Origin: Methanobacteriota archaeon
Lineage (GTDB): Archaea > Undinarchaeota > Undinarchaeia > Undinarchaeales > Undinarchaeaceae
Reading direction: 5' to 3'
DNA length: 64,000 nt
NCBI GenBank assembly: GCA_002687935.1
Contig: NZBN01000006.1
Span: 4,144 to 68,143, forward strand
Part shown: piece by piece, positions 61,861 through 64,000 of the stretch
How the letters are laid out: the number at the start of each line of letters is the position of its first letter
Position numbering within the stretch: the stretch's first letter is position 1
Translations under genes and position numbers: made by a program
The notes under the pieces: generated by a model
Seen by the model: the letters and a program-made list of their open reading frames with translations, nothing else
Told to the model about the DNA's origin: nothing
The model's database searches: none

Positions 61861-62424
61861 TCAGTCAGAAGATGTTGCACAGGACCTGCATATAAGTCCG
61901 CTTCCAACTCTTACAATCTCCTCTGCAAAGTTTCCACAATTTTCACAGTTTCCGGAAGATGTCTCTCCAAGATATTCATTAACTCCATCAAGCTTTATAG
62001 ACACAATTTCCATCAATAATTCAAGCTCAGATGGCGCTATCTTGGCTATATCTTCAGAAGTTACTATTCCTTTTAATTCATCATTCTCAACAACAGGCAG
62101 TTTCCTTATTTTATTAGAGCCCATTACTTTTGCCGCATCTATTATACTAGAATCTGGAGAAATTGTGAACAAAGGCTTCGACATAACCTCCCCTACTTTC
62201 GTAGAGTCCATATCTGTAGCATTTGCAACAAAAATAACAAAGTCATGCTCTGTAACTATTCCTAGTGCTTCACTTCCTTCTACAACTATAACCGCTCCAA
62301 TATCCTTATCTCTCATAAGTTTGGAAGCCTCCAAGAGAGAACTCTCCGGACTTATAGTTATAACTGGGGATGTCATAGAATCTCTTACAGAAACATCTGC
62401 TGATTTCAAGTCCTTTGCTGCCAT
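61861..62424 (-). CDS. CBS-pair protein with C-terminal zinc ribbon
   Basis: 187 aa. Two CBS repeats followed by CENCGNF...CRSC. Confidence 0.7.
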   Translation of the reverse strand: MAAKDLKSADVSVRDSMTSPVITISPESSLLEASKLMRDKDIGAVIVVEGSEALGIVTEHDFVIFVANATDMDSTKVGEVMSKPLFTISPDSSIIDAAKVMGSNKIRKLPVVENDELKGIVTSEDIAKIAPSELELLMEIVSIKLDGVNEYLGETSSGNCENCGNFAEEIVRVGSGLICRSCATSSD

Positions 62425-62520
62425 ATCTCCTCAAAATAATTAACTCCTGCTACTATAAAACCATTGTCTTAATATTTTTTTTAAAAAAGCTTTTTAGGCA
62501 GTTTAACATAAGATTAGTTT

Positions 62521-63009
62521 ATGATTCTTGGAAATTCTGAGATAAAGCGTCTGATTAGGGATGTAAAACTCATAGAAGCTCATGAGGAAAAAAACGTACA
62601 GGGAGCGGGCGTTGACTTCCGGGCACGGACTTTTTACAGACCTGCCGGCGATACAAAAGTTCACAAAGAGAGTCGAACCCTTCCTGAAATAAGCGAAATA
62701 GAAGGCGACAAAATTACCCTGGCTCCAAATGAATTGATTCTCGTCGAAACTATGGAAAAAGTGAATATGCCCTCAGATATAGCAGCAAGGATACTCCCTC
62801 GTTCAACTCTCTGTCGCTGTGGCGTTTACCTTCTTACAGCATTCGTTGACCCTGGTTTCAGCGGGCGTCTTACGGTTGGTCTGAAGAATATGTCAAATCA
62901 CAGTTTCGAGCTCGAGAAAGGGGCAAGAATAATGCAGATTATGTTTGAGAAGACTGAAGGTGACACAGTCGACTATGCCGGAAGATATCAGGGTGGAAAA
63001 GTAGTATAA
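62521..63009 (+). CDS. dcd: dCTP deaminase / dUTPase-superfamily protein
   Basis: 162 aa. FVDPGFSGRLTVGLKN block typical of Dcd. Confidence 0.8.
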   Translation: MILGNSEIKRLIRDVKLIEAHEEKNVQGAGVDFRARTFYRPAGDTKVHKESRTLPEISEIEGDKITLAPNELILVETMEKVNMPSDIAARILPRSTLCRCGVYLLTAFVDPGFSGRLTVGLKNMSNHSFELEKGARIMQIMFEKTEGDTVDYAGRYQGGKVV

Positions 63010-63210
63010 TCAGCGTTTTGCAAGGACAACATCTTCCTTTCTTACTGTTTTTCTTTTTGCATGGCTGGCATAAGATACAGCCTTTCTCGCAATCTCAAGT
63101 GTTTGTTCTTCTACAGTGTCTCTTAATCTTTCAGCAGCATCCTCTGAAACACGTCCTGCTCCTGCTTTTTTCAAAAGACGCTCAAAAGGAGCAATAGGAA
63201 GTTCTGCCAT
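63010..63210 (-). CDS. archaeal histone (HMf family)
   Basis: 66 aa. [24 protein letters not shown]...[11 protein letters not shown] histone-fold pattern. Confidence 0.9.
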   Translation of the reverse strand: MAELPIAPFERLLKKAGAGRVSEDAAERLRDTVEEQTLEIARKAVSYASHAKRKTVRKEDVVLAKR

Positions 63211-63280
63211 AATCTTATATTGGAAAAAACTGTTAAATACTTGTCGGAATTGTTAATAAGCTCCCTCTCCAATTCATTTT

Positions 63281-64000
63281 ATGTTCGGATACCTAGCTCT
63301 CGCAGTACTCATTTCCGGTTCACTAATCGGAAGCTGGACAGACATAAAAATACGTGAAGTTTCCAATTGGCTGTCCTTCGGTTTAATATTCTCAATGCTG
63401 GCAATCCGTCTTGGTCAAGGTCTATATCTTGGGCAGTATGGCTATCTCTTTGAAACTGCAAGCGCAGGACTATTTTTCCTGGCTCTTGGAGTTATTCTTT
63501 TCTATTCTGGTCAGTGGGGCGGCGCAGATTGGAAACTCTTAACTGCATATGGTATAGGTTTCGGTTCATTGTGGGGAGAGTTCCATCCAATCTTCGAACC
63601 TATCTGGCCCTTCTACTTAACACTTTTAATGAACATACTTATTGTCTCAGTTCTTTACACACTACCTCTCGCTCTTTTCTACGCTTTTAGAAACAAGAAA
63701 GTTTTGGCAAAATGCAGAAAGGCAGTGGGAAGAAATGAAAATTTAGCTATCCTATTAGGTTTCGGAGTTTCCGCCATAGCAGTATTCTATACAGGAGAAT
63801 CCGTCTTATGGGTATTCGCAGTTCTCCCCCCCCTCTATGCACTTTCAAAATTCCTTCACCCTATTGAAAGCACCTATCTTACAAAACTTAAGACAATAAA
63901 TGAGCTCGTCGAATTCGACATCCCCGTAAAAGATTTAAAAGTCGCCGGAAAGCTCATTATTTCTTCAAAAGGACCAAATGGAATGACACCTGCGAATCTT
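63281..64000 (+). CDS. A24-family prepilin/preflagellin peptidase-like membrane protein (3' end off window)
   Basis: Open frame from the ATG at 63281 to the window edge (240 codons, not in the ORF track). First Asp motif SWTDIKIREVSN, second motif GGADWKLL. Confidence 0.6.
   Translation, partial: MFGYLALAVLISGSLIGSWTDIKIREVSNWLSFGLIFSMLAIRLGQGLYLGQYGYLFETASAGLFFLALGVILFYSGQWGGADWKLLTAYGIGFGSLWGEFHPIFEPIWPFYLTLLMNILIVSVLYTLPLALFYAFRNKKVLAKCRKAVGRNENLAILLGFGVSAIAVFYTGESVLWVFAVLPPLYALSKFLHPIESTYLTKLKTINELVEFDIPVKDLKVAGKLIISSKGPNGMTPANL

Noticed and set aside
1-64000. Antisense or shadow ORFs listed in the track inside long genes (for example 7799-8191, 8040-8696, 25055-27293 series, 53875-55785 series)
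   Set aside because: They lie opposite or out of frame within strongly supported CDSs (RPA, DP2, SMC and others) and translate to low-complexity sequence.

Overview
This is a compact, gene-dense archaeal chromosome segment of about 40% GC. The replication and chromatin gene set is Euryarchaeota/DPANN-like. It includes PolD (DP1+DP2), Orc1/Cdc6, RPA, RadA, Hel308, Hef, DnaG, RNase HII, SMC/ScpA/ScpB, an HMf-type histone and MC1. It also carries a complete A1Ao ATP synthase operon in the order H-I-K-E-C-F-A-B-D, three tRNAs (Leu-TAG, Gln-TTG, initiator Met-CAT), two aminoacyl-tRNA synthetases (serS, aspS) and many small membrane or hypothetical ORFs. I found no rRNA, CRISPR array, transposase or integrase.

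The main observations are:
1. A Cdc6-adjacent replication origin at about 30.6-31.1 kb has TTCCAGTGGAA-type ORB boxes and an AT-rich unwinding block. The ORF-track Cdc6 N-terminus runs through it and is an artefact.
2. Codon third-position composition flips sharply at exactly that locus. By eye the sign is opposite to the bacterial leading-strand rule.
3. A low-density 3-kb segment (42.8-45.9 kb) is bracketed by a roughly 72-bp direct repeat that carries an 18-bp palindrome. It contains oriented TCTCACAtt motif arrays, a 14-bp inverted repeat, a strongly G-depleted 625-bp non-coding stretch, three putative wHTH genes and an unlisted eL41-like mini-ORF.
4. The SMC is only 829 aa, with arms about half the usual length.
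5. An orphan lysW is followed by a 31-codon lysX remnant.

All calls come from reading the motifs and sequence by eye. No searches or computations were run, and several starts were moved from non-ATG ORF-track starts to internal ATGs.
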